From Dialister sp. (lineage in GTDB: Bacteria; Bacillota; Negativicutes; Veillonellales; Dialisteraceae), in the NCBI GenBank assembly GCA_003447275.1, contig DLZS01000082.1:1-49026 (forward strand): a DNA stretch of 49,026 bases. The letters are read 5' to 3'. The stretch's first letter is position 1. Each line of letters starts with the position of its first letter. Shown here piece by piece: positions 36,850 to 46,624 of the stretch. Made by a program: the position numbers and the translations under genes. The notes beneath the pieces are model-generated. The model was not told where the DNA came from. It saw only the letters and a program-made list of their open reading frames with translations, and made no database searches.

Positions 36850-39800
36850 CTTCGAGTTCCCCTTCGACAGAGAGGTAAAGCTCCTGCAGCTCCTCTTTCA
36901 TCTCATCGCTTGCGTGCCACATGTCACGCTGGTTTGCTTCAAGAAGCGTCTCTGCCATGCTCTGGAGCGCCCATGGATTGACCTTCTTCATCCATTTCTG
37001 CATCGCCGGATCTAAAGCATATTTCTGCGCATACTGTTCATACATCCAGTCATCCATGACACCGCTTGTCGCATCCCACTGAAAGGAAATCGAGAGACGG
37101 TTTGCGAGATCGGTCGCCCCTTTGTAGCCGTGTTTCATGAGCCCTTCGATGTACTTTGGATTCATAGATTCTGCACGGAAAACACGCTTCATTTCTTCCT
37201 GTACCGTCTTTACACCGACAGAAGACCGATTCGTACTGTCACCCACATAGGAAACAGGCGCTTTCCCGCCGAGGCTCTTGACCGCCGCGATCATCCCGCC
37301 ATGGAATGCATTGTAATCATCGGATGAAAGGATATTGCTCTCATGGTTTTCCTCATTCTTGACCGTGAGGTCGAGAGAAGCGAGACGCTTCTGGAACAGC
37401 TCCGGATGGAAGACGCCGCGTTTGCCGCCGCCGAAGACATGCCCGCCCCAGCGGACATACACATTCGCCAGATCCTCTTCCGTCTGCCAGTTCTTCGCAT
37501 CAAGCACCGTATTGACACCTGCACCGTAGGTTCCGGGCGCGTCGCCAAAGATGCGGAAAGCGGCATTTCTCCATGCCTCATCTCCATCGACACCGGCATC
37601 CTCCATGGATCTGGCATCTTCTTTCACATGCTTACGGATGAAATTATCCTCTTCAGATTCATCCAGCGCGGCCACAAGAAGTACCGCCTGATCCATCAGT
37701 TCAGCGAGCTGCGGAAGGGTATCGCGGAAAAGACCGGAGATACGTCCCGTCACGTCGATGCGCGGCCGTTTGAGTTCCGTAAGGGGTATCGCCTCGAGCC
37801 CTGTCACGCGCAGACTTCCCTTCTGCCAGACAGGACGGACCCCCAAGAGGTAAAGGAATTCGGCGATGTCCTGCCCCGAGGAGCGCATATTCGGCCCCGA
37901 CCACAGTACCATCCCGATATTTTCCGGATACTTGCCCTGGTCAGCGATGAATTTCTCTATCATGCGATCGCCCAGTTTCACACCGAGCTGCCATCCTGCC
38001 GGGGAGGGCATGGTGCGTGGATCCGTGCCATAGAAATTGCGTCCTGACGGAAGGAGCGAAACGCCGCCAGCATTCGGTGAGCCGGAAGGCCCCGGCTCCA
38101 CATAGCGGCCTGCCAGCGCATCCATCGTGTGCGTGAGTTCCTCTTTCACCCCCTGAATACGCGGCACCATCTCCTCGTTCACAAACGTGAGAAGTTTTTT
38201 CAGTGTCTTTCTCCATGCATCACTGCCCTGCGCCTCCGGAAGCGCCATGGCAGAGTCGATCGCTTCTGCCGTAAAGCGGCCGGAAGCCAGCGTCTCGATG
38301 ACCTGCTTCGCTTCTTTTCGGATTTGATCCATCAGCTGTCCGCCAGTGATCCCCTGCGTTTCCACCATGTCTCCCGCATGCTGCTGGATATCATCCAAGG
38401 TAACGCCGTATTTTTCAGCGAACAAATCATAAATGGAAGACACGTCTTCATTCGAAAGACGCAGCATCTGGAGAATGCCATCTACAAGAAGGGTGCCTGT
38501 CAACGGCTGTCCCAGGATATGCAGCCCCACGTGGACTTCGCTGTCTTTCAACTCTTCTATATAGTCATGCAGCGCAGCGACATAGTCTGCAAACGGCTTC
38601 TTTCCCTGATAAGGTACTTCTTCATCCAGCTTGGCTTTCACCGCCAATTTGCGAATCGGCTCCTCCATCGCAGAAACATCGCTCCCGTTTCCCTTGAGAG
38701 CGGCATACTCATCGATCGTTTTCTCCAGCTCGGCGATTTCATCGTAAGCACCTGCATCAGCGACAGGCGCCGGCATGTAACTGACCAGACAGCCAGCAGC
38801 GCGGCGCTTGGCGATCATACCTTCGCCGGTGATCGTCATATGGTATGGATAGATATTCGGGATATCCCCGAGGGCGATGTCCGGATAGCTTTCTTCATCC
38901 AGTCCGACACCTTTCCCCGGAAGCCATTCCAGATTTCCATGCGTCCCCATATGAATGACCGCATCCGCTTTCCACACATGACGCAGCCAGTAGTAGAAAG
39001 CAAGATACTGATGTGTCGGCGGGATCTTCGGATCATGATACGCCTTCGAAGGATCCATCCCGTACTGGCGCGATGGCTGCACCGTGAGGAAAAGATGTCC
39101 GTCCATCGTACCGGGAACGAGAATATCGCCTTTTTCTGAAATCATGACATCGCCCGGTGCCTCTCCCCAGGTATCCACCATGGATGCCTTCGCTTCTTTC
39201 CCGAGCTGTCGGAAGAAATCCAAGTACTCACGGCAGGAAAGCTTCTGGCAGGACTCCGCCTGCTCTTCCGTCATCATGGAAATATCATTCGTCGCATGGG
39301 ATGTCATGAGCCGGATGAAATCATCCGATGTTTCCGGGATGAAATCCATCTGATAGCCCGCTTTCTTCATTTCCTTCATGAGACGGATGGTACTCTCCAT
39401 CGTATCCAGACCGGAAGCACTCCCGATATTCGAATTCTTCGCCGGATAATTGTGGAAAATGATAGCGATCTTTTTATTTTCATTCTTCATCTGATGAAGG
39501 CTCGCCCATTTCCCTGCCTTTTTGACCATCTGCGTCACGCGCTCAGGAATCGGCACATAGGAGACACTGCCATCGACATCTTTTTTGCGACCTGCGATCG
39601 GCAGACCGGAAATCGCGCCGTCCAGCTCAGGAAGCGCGACCGCGATCGACGTTTCCACCGCATTCATCCCCTCTGGATTCTTGCGCCAGTCAGCCTCCGA
39701 TGTGAGAAGCGTATAGGCAGAGAGGATAGGCACCCCCAGCTTCTTCAAGACGGGAAGGCTCGTCTTTCCTGCGCCAAGCATAGAAAACTTCATCGTGGAC

Positions 39801-40549
39801 ACCAGCGCATCGATGACAGGCTGTCCGTCCTTCATGAAATACGTCTCCAGTACCTCCGATAACGACGGCATGCCTGCCGACTCATCGATGAACCCGTTTG
39901 CAAAGACAGGAAGCACCGCATAGCCTTCTTTGTCCGCTTCCTCCAGAAAAGCCTTCACATACGCGGTATCATCCCAGATCCACTCATCGCGGTAGAAAAG
40001 CAGCCCCAGTACAGGTCGATCTCCATAGGGATGCGCCGCCTCGTAATCCGAGAGCGTCTTCTGCAAGCGGCTCTCCACGCTCGGATCATAGATTCCCGCC
40101 CAGCTGTACTTCTCCGGCGGTTGTGCTTTTTCCGCCTTGTCGTCAAAGAGTCCGTTCGCATACAGCCAAAGATTTTTGAAATTGCTGAGGCCTCCATACA
40201 GACAGTACTTGCGGAATGTCTCGAGCACCTCGCCATCGATCGACGCACTGTGCTCTGCCATATCCCCATCAATGGCATCGACAAAGTATGCGATGTGATT
40301 CTGATCCAGAAAATTTTTACAGTCTTTCCAAAAGGAAGACTTCAGTGCATTCTTCATCAAGTGGATCATGACCAGAGAAGCACCGGATACTTTGCGCTCC
40401 CAATTTCTGCTCCAGTCACTCGTGCGTTCCACGCGCACAGAAATAGACAGGTCAGAAATCAGCCTCTTCTCCTGAAGCGCCTCACAGGCTTTCTTCATGG
40501 AGGCATACCGCCTGTCATGGTTCGTCATATATAGAATTTTGGGTTCCAT
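36836..40549 (-). CDS. cobN: Cobaltochelatase large subunit, CobN/ChlH family
   Basis: 1237 aa; ALPELDG, HMGTHGNLEWLPGK, GPSGSP..LPSGRNFY, RPRIDVTGRISGLFRD, NPKYIEGLMKHGYKG. Confidence 0.92.
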   Translation of the reverse strand: MEPKILYMTNHDRRYASMKKACEALQEKRLISDLSISVRVERTSDWSRNWERKVSGASLVMIHLMKNALKSSFWKDCKNFLDQNHIAYFVDAIDGDMAEHSASIDGEVLETFRKYCLYGGLSNFKNLWLYANGLFDDKAEKAQPPEKYSWAGIYDPSVESRLQKTLSDYEAAHPYGDRPVLGLLFYRDEWIWDDTAYVKAFLEEADKEGYAVLPVFANGFIDESAGMPSLSEVLETYFMKDGQPVIDALVSTMKFSMLGAGKTSLPVLKKLGVPILSAYTLLTSEADWRKNPEGMNAVETSIAVALPELDGAISGLPIAGRKKDVDGSVSYVPIPERVTQMVKKAGKWASLHQMKNENKKIAIIFHNYPAKNSNIGSASGLDTMESTIRLMKEMKKAGYQMDFIPETSDDFIRLMTSHATNDISMMTEEQAESCQKLSCREYLDFFRQLGKEAKASMVDTWGEAPGDVMISEKGDILVPGTMDGHLFLTVQPSRQYGMDPSKAYHDPKIPPTHQYLAFYYWLRHVWKADAVIHMGTHGNLEWLPGKGVGLDEESYPDIALGDIPNIYPYHMTITGEGMIAKRRAAGCLVSYMPAPVADAGAYDEIAELEKTIDEYAALKGNGSDVSAMEEPIRKLAVKAKLDEEVPYQGKKPFADYVAALHDYIEELKDSEVHVGLHILGQPLTGTLLVDGILQMLRLSNEDVSSIYDLFAEKYGVTLDDIQQHAGDMVETQGITGGQLMDQIRKEAKQVIETLASGRFTAEAIDSAMALPEAQGSDAWRKTLKKLLTFVNEEMVPRIQGVKEELTHTMDALAGRYVEPGPSGSPNAGGVSLLPSGRNFYGTDPRTMPSPAGWQLGVKLGDRMIEKFIADQGKYPENIGMVLWSGPNMRSSGQDIAEFLYLLGVRPVWQKGSLRVTGLEAIPLTELKRPRIDVTGRISGLFRDTLPQLAELMDQAVLLVAALDESEEDNFIRKHVKEDARSMEDAGVDGDEAWRNAAFRIFGDAPGTYGAGVNTVLDAKNWQTEEDLANVYVRWGGHVFGGGKRGVFHPELFQKRLASLDLTVKNEENHESNILSSDDYNAFHGGMIAAVKSLGGKAPVSYVGDSTNRSSVGVKTVQEEMKRVFRAESMNPKYIEGLMKHGYKGATDLANRLSISFQWDATSGVMDDWMYEQYAQKYALDPAMQKWMKKVNPWALQSMAETLLEANQRDMWHASDEMKEELQELYLSVEGELEDDDD

Positions 40550-40723
40550 AGCTCGCCTTTCTCTCGGTTCGTCCTAAAAATACGTACGGATACTTTTTGC
40601 TTCCCTAAGAAATCAAAATGATTCTCTTCATAGAAGACTATGGTTTACTCATTCATTATACTACAAACCCGCATCTTTTAAAGCAATTTGGCGACAATTC
40701 TAATTAAAACGTTAACTTGTGCA

Positions 40724-40763
40724 AATAAAAGCAGGACAACCATCAGAAAATGATTGTCCTGCC
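40724..40763 (-). terminator. Terminator after the binding-protein gene
   Basis: Minus strand GCAGGACAAUCAU/AUGGUUGUCCUGC followed by UUUUAUUU. Confidence 0.75.
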
Positions 40764-40854
40764 TCGTTATACTGTCATAATAAAATTATTAAGGAAACAC
40801 TGATTAAAGTATTTGTTCACTGGATGTCACTGCCTCAGCGAACAGCTGGCGTCA

Positions 40855-41883
40855 TCAGCCCTTAAAATTCTTTGCATCCATGACCGTGATTCCGGTATTT
40901 ACATCTCTTTCAGAAACGGCCTTTCCATTGGCAAGATCGGCCGCCGCCTTCACCGCTTCGTACCCCATCTTCTCCGGATTCTGTGCGATGGTCGCGAAAT
41001 GGTAGCTGCCATCTTTTAGAGCTGCCACAGCCGGTTCTGAAAGGTCGAAGCCCATGACAGAGAGATCCTTGCGTCCTTCCTTCATGACCGTAGCAATCGT
41101 GGCTTTCGTGGAGCTGTTGTTGCAGGCGATGATGCCCTTCACGCTCTGATCCTGAAGCGTCTTTTCCACCAGTTCACCCGCCGTCTGCTCATCGCCATAA
41201 TTGATCAGATATGCTTTGGAAATTTTCCAGTTTTTCGGTGCTACGTTGTACCAGTTGGCAATGGTGGAATCCAGACGTTCCGAGATCGTGCGGCTTGCGA
41301 GGTTGCTGACATGCATGACGACCTTGATTTCCTCCTCTTCCGATACCCCGCTTTCCTTCAGAAGCTCCACCATCTTCTTTGCCACTTCCGCACCAGCTGC
41401 CAGATTATTCGTCATGTAGGACGCATCATAGTCTTCCGTATTCATCATCGTATCGACCAGAACGACCGGCAGCTTATCGCCTCGAAGATTCTTCGCAGTC
41501 TCGGTCAGACGCATGCTGTCAGCCGCGCCGAGAATAATGGAATCCGCCTTTTTCGCCTGCGCATCAAGCAGCATGGCGCGCTGCAGCTCCCAGTTGCCAT
41601 CCTTATTCACGCCGCCTACATAGACATTGATCCCATTCTCTTCCCCTGCTTTTTTCATGCCGGCAATCACTTTTTTCCAATAGCTGCCATTTATGGCTTT
41701 CACGACAGCATAGACATTCTTCTGTCCGCTTTTCACGGAGGTGACTGCTTTGAAATCCTGCTTCGCCGGTGCCTCAGCGACCTTCTGCGTCACCGTTCCC
41801 TGCGGCTCGGCCTGAGTCCCACACCCAGCGACCCCACCTGCCAGAATACATGCAGAAATAAGAAGTGCCCACATTTTTTTCAT
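40855..41883 (-). CDS. Sugar ABC-type substrate-binding lipoprotein (RbsB/LacI-like fold), orphan
   Basis: Lipobox VAGC, YWKKVIAG, PVVLVD, TNNLAAG, VMGFD, IAQNPEKMGY; RBS AAGGAG. Confidence 0.85.
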   Translation of the reverse strand: MKKMWALLISACILAGGVAGCGTQAEPQGTVTQKVAEAPAKQDFKAVTSVKSGQKNVYAVVKAINGSYWKKVIAGMKKAGEENGINVYVGGVNKDGNWELQRAMLLDAQAKKADSIILGAADSMRLTETAKNLRGDKLPVVLVDTMMNTEDYDASYMTNNLAAGAEVAKKMVELLKESGVSEEEEIKVVMHVSNLASRTISERLDSTIANWYNVAPKNWKISKAYLINYGDEQTAGELVEKTLQDQSVKGIIACNNSSTKATIATVMKEGRKDLSVMGFDLSEPAVAALKDGSYHFATIAQNPEKMGYEAVKAAADLANGKAVSERDVNTGITVMDAKNFKG

Positions 41884-42045
41884 ATCGATTGCTCCTTTTC
41901 CACAGAAGTATCATCGTGGAAAAGAAATCTAACATATCCTTCACAGGCGGCCACCATGATCGCTTCCATCGTTAAATTATAGCTTTATTTTAAATGGTAT
42001 AGTATGGATTTTCAACTTGAAAAAATCAAGAGCTGATTAAGACGC

Positions 42046-42076
42046 AAAAACACTGCATGAGCATCAGCTCATGCAG
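42046..42076 (-). terminator. Terminator of the cobU-cobC operon
   Basis: CTGCATGAGC-4-GCTCATGCAG followed by TGTTTTT on the minus strand. Confidence 0.75.
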
Positions 42077-42138
42077 CATTTACAAGTATAAAATTGTAAA
42101 AATCAATGCATCAAAAAAACAAAGCTTTCAAACGGCTT

Positions 42139-42789
42139 TTATTTAGGCAGATGCGATGTCGCAGTATCTGCCAAATGAGCGATCTGATTCAAAGAAAAAA
42201 GCATATTCATATCATTCATGTTGTTTTCCCCGACAAAATGGCGGATCTCCGTGATGCTGGCATTGGATAGGCCCATATTCCATGAACGCGAGAGCGGAAT
42301 GTCGATCATCGCACAGATGATCGTGCGAAGGGCTGCACCATGACTGACGATGGCATAGCTTTTATGATCCCCGCGGGATAGAAGCTCCTTCATGAATGCC
42401 ATCGTCCGCACCTGACAGTCACGGAAAGACTCTCCGTGAGGGAGCCGCAGCTGGTCAGGATGGTGATACATCTCACTGATCATGCCCGGCCAGAGCTGAT
42501 CGATCTCACTGAAGGTCTTCCCCTCCCAGTCACCGAAACAGAGCTCCTGCAGCGCAGGCACAATTTCAAGCTCCATGCCATGTGACTTGGCGATGCCTTC
42601 CGCCGTGATTCGCGCGCGCTTCAGAGGACTCGTGATCACGCCGTCAAGAGGGATATCCTTGAAATAGGACGCTACTTTCTCCGCCTGCGCCATCCCCATA
42701 TCGGAGAGCGCAACGTCCGTCGAACCCTGATAACGCCCTGATTTATTCCATTCTGTCTCTCCATGGCGGATAAGATATAGTGTAATCAT
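42139..42789 (-). CDS. cobC: Alpha-ribazole phosphatase (histidine phosphatase family)
   Basis: RHGET, SPLKRA, E..FGDWEG, GES, SHG; cob operon context. Confidence 0.8.
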   Translation of the reverse strand: MITLYLIRHGETEWNKSGRYQGSTDVALSDMGMAQAEKVASYFKDIPLDGVITSPLKRARITAEGIAKSHGMELEIVPALQELCFGDWEGKTFSEIDQLWPGMISEMYHHPDQLRLPHGESFRDCQVRTMAFMKELLSRGDHKSYAIVSHGAALRTIICAMIDIPLSRSWNMGLSNASITEIRHFVGENNMNDMNMLFSLNQIAHLADTATSHLPK

Positions 42790-42835
42790 AGCTGTAATCT
42801 CCTTGTCTGATCTCTGAGAACGTCTGTCCCCCAGA

Positions 42836-43915
42836 TCAATCTTTTTCCACGGCGCGCAGTGCCTCTATGAGAATCCGATTTTCTTCTTCTGTCCGCACCG
42901 CGACACGGAAGTAAGTCTCATCGAGTCCTTCATAATTTCCACACTGCCGAATCAATATATGATACGGCATCAGTACCTCCTGCAGCTCCTGCCCCGTCTG
43001 ATATCTTCCTATGAGCCGGCAGAGAATGAAATTCACAGAGCCGGGCAGCACCTTGACGAAATCAAGAGCATCAAGTGCAGCCGAAAGTTTTTCTCTTTCC
43101 GCTTGACAGTACACCCTGCTATTCCTGATATAATCTATGTCTTGCGCTGCTGCCGTCATGTAGGACTGCGCAAGGCCATTCACATTCCACGGAATCAGCG
43201 TATCCTGCAATCTCTCCGCCAGCGTAGGGTGAAGATAAGCAGCACCTATGCGAAGCCCTGGCACTGCATAGAATTTTGTGAGAGACATCACGACCGCTCC
43301 GCAGGTTTCATTCACAAGAACGTGCCGATAGGATACATCATCCCCCACAAAATCAATGAAGGATTCATCAATGATGAGGAAGCTCTCTTTTTTCTTTGCC
43401 AAACGGAGAACGGCCTCGAAGTCCGATGGAGAAAGCAGCTGCCCGTCGGGATTATTGGGATGGCCGAGGTAGATCAAAGAATGCGGGAGGAGTTTCTTCT
43501 CGATCTCCTCTAAAGGAAGTGCAAATCCCTGATCCGCCTTGAGAAGAAAGCTGTCCACCGGGCAGCCTGCCGCCTCAGCAGAAAGGCGGTACTCCGAAAA
43601 GGATGGTGCCGGAACGATCACTTTCTTCGGATGAAGAAGCTCGAGGAGCTTGTACATGAGCTCGGTCGCACCATTTCCGAGTGCCATCGACTCTTCCGGG
43701 ATCCCATAACGGATGGAAAGGCTTTTCTTCAGCGCACGGCACTCCACATCCGGATAGCGGAGAGTCTCTTTTTCCCAGTGCGCAAGCAGTGCGGCTCTTC
43801 CCTTGGGAGACAGGCCGAGCGGATTGATATTAATACTGAAATCGAAGACTTTGTCCTGCTCCTCTTCGGAGAGTCCAAAGACATCGCCCCCATGGCGGGA
43901 TGATTTGATAGACAT
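42836..43915 (-). CDS. cobD: L-threonine-O-3-phosphate decarboxylase
   Basis: HGG, DFSININPLG, GNGATE, PNNPDG, IDESF, SLTKFYAVPGLRIG (PLP Lys). Confidence 0.92.
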   Translation of the reverse strand: MSIKSSRHGGDVFGLSEEEQDKVFDFSININPLGLSPKGRAALLAHWEKETLRYPDVECRALKKSLSIRYGIPEESMALGNGATELMYKLLELLHPKKVIVPAPSFSEYRLSAEAAGCPVDSFLLKADQGFALPLEEIEKKLLPHSLIYLGHPNNPDGQLLSPSDFEAVLRLAKKKESFLIIDESFIDFVGDDVSYRHVLVNETCGAVVMSLTKFYAVPGLRIGAAYLHPTLAERLQDTLIPWNVNGLAQSYMTAAAQDIDYIRNSRVYCQAEREKLSAALDALDFVKVLPGSVNFILCRLIGRYQTGQELQEVLMPYHILIRQCGNYEGLDETYFRVAVRTEEENRILIEALRAVEKD

Positions 43916-44000
43916 AGTAAAAGTCCTTTATCAATGGATTTTTCTTAAAAAGCACGGATTACATCGTTATCCGATCTCATCTGCGTTTTCTTAAATACAC

Positions 44001-44031
44001 AAAAGCACGAACTCTACCGAGTCCGTGCTTT
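44001..44031 (-). terminator. Internal terminator-like hairpin after pduX
   Basis: AAAGCACGGACUC-GGUA-GAGUUCGUGCUUUU on the minus strand. Confidence 0.55.
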
Positions 44032-44047
44032 CATTATAATGTATCAA

Positions 44048-44902
44048 TTAGATTTTTTCTACCTGCATACCACGATTGGTGAGGCTCACAAGATCGAGGA
44101 AGGTGATGCCTTCGACAGTGTCCTCCAGCTTTTCCCGAAGAGGCAAGGCCTCCATGCCCGGCGGCAGAATAAGTCCTAGGACAGTCCCGCTGTGCGCACA
44201 GATGACCCCTTTCCCGCCAAGAGAAAGGCCGATCCGATGAAAATCGGCAAGCTGCTTTTTATACAGGATCTTCTGGTTGCAGAATGCAGAGATAGAGGCA
44301 GCCTCGCCTATGAGGTCAATGGATTTTTCAGCGATGCCTTTCTCGAAGAGACGAAGAGCATGTGCGATATCCTTTTCATTGCTTTTCTGCAGAGCGATAA
44401 GATCTTCCCGCGAATTGAAAGACATCGTGTCGATCTCTCCCCCGCAGTCATAGATAAGAATATCCATCGCCGGTGAGAGCCCGAGAGAACGAATCGCTTT
44501 CCCTTCCCTGTAGTCAAATTGCACGATCCCCTCGAAGAAGGTCGCATCGCTTGGCTCTATAGAGAGCGCAATGTGAGCGATCTCCTCCATCGACAGCTTC
44601 CGCCCAAAGGAAAGTGCAACGGCCTCTGCAACGGCACTGATATCCGCCGTACTCGAAGCAAGTCCCTTTCCTTTCGGTATCGATGAGATAAGGCGCACGG
44701 ACGGCCGATCCGTCTCGCCAAGGTAAGCCAGCGTCTTTCTCAGCGCTTCCTCTGCTTTATCGGGAAGTGCATCCTCTGCCTTTTCATCGACCAGAGCCAT
44801 CGCATAGCGGTTGATGGGGCAGGTCACCATGAAGGAAGCCCCCTCAGCATAGCCCTGTATGAATTCGCCGCAGGAACCTGGCGAGCTAACTACATATGCC
44901 AT
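44048..44902 (-). CDS. pduX: L-threonine kinase (PduX/BluE-type GHMP kinase)
   Basis: PGSCGEFIQG, VTCPI, IPKGKGLASSTAD, IEPSD, AHSGTVLG; start moved to MAYVVSS, overlapping the cobS end. Confidence 0.85.
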   Translation of the reverse strand: MAYVVSSPGSCGEFIQGYAEGASFMVTCPINRYAMALVDEKAEDALPDKAEEALRKTLAYLGETDRPSVRLISSIPKGKGLASSTADISAVAEAVALSFGRKLSMEEIAHIALSIEPSDATFFEGIVQFDYREGKAIRSLGLSPAMDILIYDCGGEIDTMSFNSREDLIALQKSNEKDIAHALRLFEKGIAEKSIDLIGEAASISAFCNQKILYKKQLADFHRIGLSLGGKGVICAHSGTVLGLILPPGMEALPLREKLEDTVEGITFLDLVSLTNRGMQVEKI

Positions 44903-45639
44903 ACCTGCCCCCTTGTAAGAATGACGAAAAGCAGAGCCAGAAAGGCTTCTGTGAGCTCGGTGACAAATCCATATGTATCGCCTGTCGTGCCACCGATCTT
45001 CTTGACGATCCAGCGGTTCAGCTGCAGCCCGAGTACGATGGCAGCCCCCGCCAGCAGAAGGTAGGTCCATCCGAAGTAGAGGGCAGGCAGCAATGCCAGC
45101 ACAAAGGCTTTCTCCAGTGCATACTTCTCACGATAAGCGGCAAACGCTTTCCCCATGCCGTATGGCCGGGCATAGGGGTACTCGCAGATAGAGATCACCA
45201 TATTGAGCCGCCCCAGCGTCGGCATCGCCATAAGAACCAGATAGAGCGGCGCATCCGCCGAGCCAAGCGAGAGCGTTTCCACCAGCACAAAGATCAAAAT
45301 GGACAGCATACCGAAAGAACCGATAAGGCTATCCTTCATGATCTCCAGACAGCGCTCCTTTGAGCGGCCAGAAAACAGGCCGTCCGAAGAATCCATCAGC
45401 CCATCAGCGAGTGTCCCCCCGGTGAGGAAAAGCTCTCCCACCACCAGAAGGAATCCCGTCAAAAGCGGAACCCCCAGCGGCTTCATCAAGAAATAGATAA
45501 GGCACATAAAAGCGCCGATGATCCATCCTATCACAGGAAACCAAGTGACGCTTTTCCCGAATTCCTCATCATTCCATACGGTGCGGTCGGAAATATGGAT
45601 ACGGGTCAGAAACTGCAGACCCACTAAAAATGCATTCAT
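44890..45639 (-). CDS. cobS: Adenosylcobinamide-GDP ribazoletransferase
   Basis: LQFLTRI, DGLMDSSDG, IMKDSLIGSFG, GGTTGDTYG. Confidence 0.94.
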   Translation of the reverse strand: MNAFLVGLQFLTRIHISDRTVWNDEEFGKSVTWFPVIGWIIGAFMCLIYFLMKPLGVPLLTGFLLVVGELFLTGGTLADGLMDSSDGLFSGRSKERCLEIMKDSLIGSFGMLSILIFVLVETLSLGSADAPLYLVLMAMPTLGRLNMVISICEYPYARPYGMGKAFAAYREKYALEKAFVLALLPALYFGWTYLLLAGAAIVLGLQLNRWIVKKIGGTTGDTYGFVTELTEAFLALLFVILTRGQVWHM

Positions 45640-45643
45640 GAAA

Positions 45644-46624
45644 TCACCAGAAGATATAAATCAGCACCGTCTCAAGCGCAATGAAAAGAATCGTCGCACC
45701 GTACATCATCATGATCGAGGTCATGATATGGTCCGACTTCAGGGGTGTCTCGGCATCCCCCATGTATTCACGGAATTCCGGTTTCCCTTCATAGTAGTTA
45801 TACCCGCCGAGCTGCACATGCATCGCGCCGGCGACCGTCGCTTCCGCATAGCCGCCATTGGGACTCGGATGTTTCTTCGCATCACGCAGGCAGATCTCCA
45901 CAGCATGACGCCAGTCCAGACGCAGAAGGAAGGCCGCTGCTACAAAAAGCAGAAAGGTGATACGCGCCGGGATATAGTTCAGCACATCATCGAGGCGCGC
46001 TGCAAAGCGTCCGAAAAAGAGATAGCGGTCATTTTTATAGCCGAGCATAGAGTCCATCGTGTTTCCTGCGCGATAAACCATTGCTCCCACCGGACCGAAA
46101 AGCAGGAAATAAAAGAGTGGAGAAATGATCCCATCCGTCGTATTCTCTGCGATCGTCTCTATCGTGCCGCGCGCTATATTGCTTTCATCCAGATTCTCCG
46201 TATCCCGGCCGACGATCCAGCTCAGCCGTTTTCTTGCGGTCACGAGATCCTTATCATCTTTCAGAAGATGGTAGATTTCCAGACCGTCTCTGGCAAGCGA
46301 GCGCGGCGTCATCGTGAAATAAAGGACAACGGTGCTGATGGCTGCATAGAGCCACAGACCGCCAAGATGCCCTAAGTAAATCAGAAAAGCCGTCAGAAGA
46401 CCTACGGTAAGCAGCACGAGCAGCACTGTCAGCATCCCGCGAAGAAACATATTTCCATCGGACGTCTTTTTCTCCGGGTACAGGTGGTTCTCATAGAAGG
46501 AAATCAGATTTCCGATAAGTACCACCGGATGCCATTTCGAGCGCGGATCGCCATAGACCGTATCCACCACAAGAGCGGCGAAAGGGATCGCCGCCTCTGT
46601 GAGGGAAGCAAGAAGCCCGCTCAC
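45644..46624 (-). CDS. cbiB: Adenosylcobinamide-phosphate synthase
   Basis: GDP..HPVVLIG, IVGRDT, ETIAENTTDG, NTMDSMLGY, SPNGGYAEA. Confidence 0.95.
   Translation of the reverse strand: MSGLLASLTEAAIPFAALVVDTVYGDPRSKWHPVVLIGNLISFYENHLYPEKKTSDGNMFLRGMLTVLLVLLTVGLLTAFLIYLGHLGGLWLYAAISTVVLYFTMTPRSLARDGLEIYHLLKDDKDLVTARKRLSWIVGRDTENLDESNIARGTIETIAENTTDGIISPLFYFLLFGPVGAMVYRAGNTMDSMLGYKNDRYLFFGRFAARLDDVLNYIPARITFLLFVAAAFLLRLDWRHAVEICLRDAKKHPSPNGGYAEATVAGAMHVQLGGYNYYEGKPEFREYMGDAETPLKSDHIMTSIMMMYGATILFIALETVLIYIFW

Noticed and set aside
41900..41975. Fluoride riboswitch-like GAUGG...GAUGA.ACUUCU
   Set aside because: P1 stem and spacing do not fit, and the downstream gene is unrelated to fluoride
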